The position numbers were made by a program, and so were the translations under genes. A stretch of 57,862 bases of DNA, the filler included, from Sluysia triapertura (Eukaryota), in NCBI GenBank assembly GCA_046118255.1. It is 4 parts of 4 records of this genome, joined end to end, with 100 filler letters (N's around TTAATTAATTAA, not from the genome) between each part and the next. Parts side by side here need not be neighbours in the genome. Positions count along the whole stretch, not along the records: positions 46,604 to 57,862 come from JBJNIA010186669.1; 3 more parts are not named here. One strand, 5' to 3'. Below are positions 52,450 through 57,862 of this stretch, one piece after another (the stretch's first letter is position 1; every line of letters starts with the position of its first letter). Under the pieces are notes generated by a model. The model saw only the letters and a program-made list of their open reading frames with translations. It was not told the origin of the DNA and did no database searches.

Positions 52450-53417
52450 TTATATTGAACAGACTTGAACTTCTACATATTGTGGTGACCAACCCAATAT
52501 TTTACAGTTTTATTTCAATAACACACAGTAAAATCACTAGTCAAAATATTTCATAATTCTTAATATTCCTAAACATAAAATTACATAACATTAAATTCAC
52601 TTTTAATACCGAAAATCATCAAAGATTTACTTTAAAAAAGTAATTCATAACAGTACAAACTTAATTCAACACATTTCACATAAAATCACATTCTATTACC
52701 TATTTTTACATCTAAACCTTTCCATATTTTTTTTCTACATCCACTAAAACATTATCATAACCTTCTCAAAACATCTTTATTTCATACTTCATAATATTAA
52801 CATTACAATCAATTTCAGAATTTATGACATACGTTAAAAATTCATTAAAAACATTTTTATTCACAGTTACATAACAGTGCAATCATAATGACATTTGTTA
52901 ACAATGTATAAATGCCTTTAGAATGTAATAAGACCGTCAATATATTTCAATTCTGTCAGATTCTCCAAAATTATTTTTAATATTTTAAAACATTTCAATT
53001 CACAAGCTTAGCATTCGAAACCATTAATGCACATCAAATTGTTTTTAAAATGTTTCTAATTCACAATTTTTCATTGTCCAAACTTTCTCTTCAGTCAAAA
53101 CCACCAATCTTCATTTAAAATTCACTTAAAACAATTTATTCTTTATCACGTAACATTAGAATCAAAATTACACCTAATTTTATCGAAAATGCATCATATT
53201 AATTTATAACATAATAAGTTACAGAATCCCAAAATTTAACCATTTTAGACATTTCAATTAAAATAAATCTTTTCAAGATAATAAGTCAAAAGATTTATGT
53301 TGAGAACTAAGATTAAATTAAAAGAAAGATCATGCTTGAATATATCATAAGAGATTTATGTCTTTATTATCAATTAATTTTTATTATTATTATCATTATA
53401 ACCATTATTATTATTAC

Positions 53418-53478
<61 letters not shown>

Positions 53479-53810
53479 GTTATTTAATGTTATTGATTTT
53501 ATTATTATCAGCAATATGGACAGAATTAAACTTATTTTAGCATTGTCTTTTTGTAGCTACCACTATCAGTAATGACAGTCTTAATTTCTGCATATCATCT
53601 GTCATTACTGATAGCCATTAATCAAAACATTTTGAGCGAAGTGCAATTGGACATCCAATCACTTCTCTATAACTAAATACTATTATTCCCTTGATTGGAC
53701 ACACTCACTATATAGTAATTTTCAACAGAGTAATTAAAAACACACAACTATTCCCAAATAAAACGCGAAATACAAAAAACGACTTGTAAACATAATTAAA
53801 GACAGCACAA
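52450..53810 (+). repeat. 5' module of dispersed element, copy C (no recognisable cargo follows)
   Basis: Shares several 13-18-nt blocks with 27700-29150; same order of C/A-rich block, (TAT)n (~53382-53478), hairpin, CCAAT dyad and A-rich leader. Confidence 0.7.
53563..53699. promoter_or_regulatory. Double inverted-repeat module (16-bp perfect IR plus opposed CCAAT boxes)
   Basis: CTATCAGTAATGACAG (53563-53578) and CTGTCATTACTGATAG (53599-53614); TCCAATCA (53654-53661) and TGATTGGA (53692-53699). Confidence 0.6.
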
Positions 53811-56800
53811 ATATTGGTTGAATATTGTAGATATTATATTCGTGTTATATCTGTAAATATTATAGACATTATAATTTTTATTTGTATATTTTTATGTGTT
53901 ACTAATTTTTAGAAATAAAATAATCTATTAAAATAATTATTGAATATTGAAAATAATAATTGCTAATAAATAATTAAAAAGAAATTCAACAAAAACATAT
54001 GCCATTTCAATTTTTAAGTATTTGAATAATAGATTATTAAAAAACATGTTTAAAATTTAAATGATTCATACTTAATCTTAATATTTAAAAAACACGTTTA
54101 AAAATGATGATATATAAGTAATTTTTAAAAGATTTTTCTCACACCAAAAAATTATAATTTAAAGATTCAGCAATTTCGTTTCAAGTTTTTTTATTCGGAA
54201 AATTTTGTACAAGTTCTTTCCTTGGGAATTCTTAATTCTACGAAGGTTTTAATCGTTCAAAATTTTATACAGATTCTCTTCTTGGAAACGCTGCTTTGTG
54301 GAAATCATATTTTAAAGAAAAATTATTAATCGACCATAAGTAAGCTAATTTTTGATAAGTGCATTTATAAAATTTGCATCAACTTATTACGTAAAATCAT
54401 TTTAAATTATAACCCAAGAATTAATCCTGGGTCAAAATCTTGATCAAACTTCATCAATTTGTTTATTTATTTATTATAATTCGTTATTTTATTTGATTAG
54501 ACTTTAAAAAATTGACTGTATATTTATTTATTTCTATCTTTGTTTATTAATAAAAAGTTTATTAACTTTTACGCCTTTTAAAAAGGAAAAAAGAGTTTCG
54601 ATTGCATAAAAGAAAAGATATTGTAATATTGTCGTAATAATACAGTAAAACAAAATTGTTAAAATATTTAAGTTATTGTTAAGTTATTTAAGGTTGCCCT
54701 AAGGTTATAAAATACAGTCGATATTAAATAAAGTTCATTTTAGAAAGTACTAAAAGAAATAAATTATAAAAGAGTAGTTTTAAAGTTATTGATTAATAAA
54801 AGGTAAAAGAATTTGTTCATAAAGAGGGTATTCAAATTAGCGATTTGTTAAGTCCGTAAACAGATTTGACCCTCCAATTGCATTTGTTTTAAGAGTTAGA
54901 TTTATTTTGCATTGTAGAAATTCAAATCCTGTGAGCACATCCTTTTCAAGATAAACCGTGTTACACAGGCGAACCCATTTTACATTAACTTTCATAATTG
55001 TTTTCGTAAAAGACAAACACTAAAATTAATCAAAGATCGTCAAGATATTGATTATTTTATAAATTTTATTACTTTATCTGATATCTGATTTTGCCAGTTT
55101 ACTATAAATTGATAATTTTAAAGAAATGATTCGATTATTAATAGAAAAACCCTCTAATTTAGTTAACCAGCTTCATTTTAAGTTTATACATAAATTTTTA
55201 CATTAAGATTAACTTAACGCCATTTTTAGGACCTAAGACGCTTAGTGTAACCGGACCCTGCTGAACTTTTATTTTGTTGTAGGTTTAGATTTAAGAAAAC
55301 CACAGCAGATTTATTTTTATTGGCACTAATGGATTTTTGTCAATAAGATTATAAATAAGTAAATTTTTCACGAACAAGTTTAATTAAATTTAGACTAAAA
55401 AATAATTTATTTTTCACCAACGACAATACTAAAATATTGATTTGATATGGATAAGTTTGTTCATCTAATTTGGTAGTTATCAACTTTTATGTGATAGATT
55501 GAGATTTTAGCAATAGTGGATCTTTGCGATAATTATCTATCCCTTCCTGCTATAATCCATTATCATTCTAATTCGTTAATTTTTTAAAACTTTTCTCAAA
55601 AGCTTTTAGTATCCATTAAATAAATAGATATGTTAATAAAGATTTCCCTAAATAATTTTTTATTCCGTTTTTTAATTATTAACTTTATTTATTTACAAAT
55701 ACTTTACAAAAAATTTTAAGATTATATTTTCTACGGAGATTTCATTTAATCCTAGTCGTATTTGTTGGCTAATTAAGTGCAATAAGTTCCATTTGGTATT
55801 TCTTTACATATTTAGAGAGAATAATTTCGTAATTTCAGACTTATTAAGATACTTGAACTTAAAAAATATTTTATTTTTATTTCAAATTATACAATGTTTG
55901 CGGTATTGTTAAATGAATAAATGAATTTTATACTTTGAAGTACTTTTAATCGAATATCAGTACAAAATTAATTCAAAGATTAAAGTTCGTGAAGCATAAA
56001 TTGATTTTTAGACTGTTATTCATAATAAATTATTCGCTATTACAAAAATTATAATTTTTGTGTACATTGTGAATGTTTTTGCAAATAATGATTAAAATTA
56101 TTTTGTATTCACATTGATTTTTAAATAAAACTATATAGAATTTGACAAATTGTACTTTTTTTCAATGAATAAATATTTTTTATTAAATTTAAAATAGCAT
56201 CACAAATATTTAATTTAGATTGCAAATATTTAATTTAAATAATGCATAAAAACAAACTGGGATTGATATGATAATTGCTCATATTTCATTAAATATAGTA
56301 TTTAAATTTTTGTCAGGTCACTTACGACAAAAGCGTCATTAATAATAAAATATATTTACTGTCAAAATTCTTTGAAATTATTTAAACAATTCACTGATTT
56401 GTTCTAAAATGTTTACAGTAATGTACAAATTATTTTTCATTTTGATAATTCATTAAAAATTAATCGAAATAAAATTAATAAAATTCATACAAAAAATAAT
56501 ACACATTAAATTCATCCAATTTTATTATTACCTTTAATATTTTTATTCATTTTTTCAATAATTTTTATTGCTGGCTAGTACGCATGTAATAATAATAACA
56601 AACTATGTATTTAATATTTGAATTCTATATTTAATGATAAAATGTTGAATATATAATAATATATGAATAGTATATGTGAAAATTTATAGCTAATATATAA
56701 GGTATATTAGCTAAACAATATGAGTTAACTGCAAAAGAAAAAATCTTTATATAAAATTACAAAATTCTTTAAACAAACGTTAATTGAAAATATCATACTG

Positions 56801-57659
56801 TATTCATTGCTAAATTATTAATATCCTAAAGGCTATTAATAAATTATTCTAAAATTGCTAAAAATAAACTGATTTATAAAAATATAGAATTTTTTCGTTT
56901 ATTTTTAATTTAGTTTCTTTTGTTTTGTATTGAGACCAAATAGAAGAATTTGAATCAATTGAGAAACGGATAAACTTTGACCTTCAGAATAAATTTTAAT
57001 ATTAAGTTGAGATCTTATAAGAATAACTTTAATGTAATTTTAATAAAAAGTTAAGCACAAATAAAATTAACTTAACGAAATAACCTAACAAAATTAGTCA
57101 TCCTTTTTACTAATTTATTTAATAAATTAATAAATTATATATGAAAAAATTCGGGAAATTTTTTGGTATATAGATATTTCAATCTTGTAAAAATTGAAGA
57201 ATTAAAATTTCTCAATCATTTCTTTATTATTATTTGCCAGTGTTTTTTATTCAAAAGTTAACTGAAAAATGATCCGCCTATAGTTAACTATTTATATCCT
57301 CAGAGAAGACAAATGATAAAAACGTTTGTTTATTTAAATCCTTCTAGGGTTTGTCCTAATTTTGTAATAAATTAATATCCTTCTGAAGAAAATCTTGTTT
57401 AATCTTATTAAATTCTTTGAATTATATACGTTTGATGTTTGAAGTAACTAATTTCTTCTATGTATTTTAAAATTTCTATCACTCCAGCTGATGAATATGT
57501 TGGGATTGCCCAACTGTAGATCAGGAGATGAGTAAGAAACATAAACTATAAAATAAAGGAAGAACTGATACAACATGATGGATTGAACATGGTAAACATT
57601 ATTGGAATAAGAATCATAAAAGTAAAAACATCTATAATAATGTTAAAAATTAAAGAATA

Positions 57660-57862
57660 CTTTGGTGTTCCAAAGACCTATCTAAGGGTTTGAGATCTTA
57701 TGGAAGCTTGAGATGGACTTGATAAACCTTTAGAAGCATTAAGGTACCTTTGAACTTTAGAACCTTTGGATCATTGGAGACCTTGGTAACCTTTAAGTAT
57801 TCTTGAAATATCGATAAGCATTTGAGATCCTTTAGTAACCTTATAAAGTGTATAAAATCTTT
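57660..57862 (-). pseudogene. Degenerate collagen-like (Gly-X-Y) coding repeat
   Basis: 9-nt periodicity; the minus frame reads ..TKGSQ..LKGYQGLQ*SKGSKVQ..SKGLS.., with Gly or near-Gly codons every third position. Confidence 0.35.

Overview
Very AT-rich, gene-poor, intron-containing eukaryotic draft DNA, probably from an invertebrate. A flatworm is suggested by the TAT microsatellites, a 35-nt intron and the TENT5 motif variant NGGAAS, but that is inference. The window is four contigs joined by artificial N44-TTAATTAATTAA-N44 linkers, with two further N gaps. The clearest host gene is a minus-strand TENT5/FAM46 poly(A) polymerase (three exons seen, C-terminus missing). Two phase-compatible plus-strand exons of an unidentified gene lie at 36.8-37.1 kb. 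There are many decayed transposons (Ty3/gypsy pol, two copies of an L2/CR1-type LINE, pogo, hAT, Tc1, a Helitron end, possibly Polinton-like pieces) and a tRNA-derived short repeat. The most notable structure is a dispersed modular element seen three times. It has a conserved 5' block (C/A-rich stretch, TAT tract, hairpin/CCAAT module) and a conserved 3' block. In two copies these enclose different intronless, catalytically crippled host-gene fragments: a lysyl-tRNA synthetase catalytic domain, and a PSD/EFA6 Sec7 domain with Lys in place of the catalytic Glu. A TMEM237 retrocopy may be a related capture. All homologies were recognised by eye, no searches were run, and repeat and TE boundaries are approximate.
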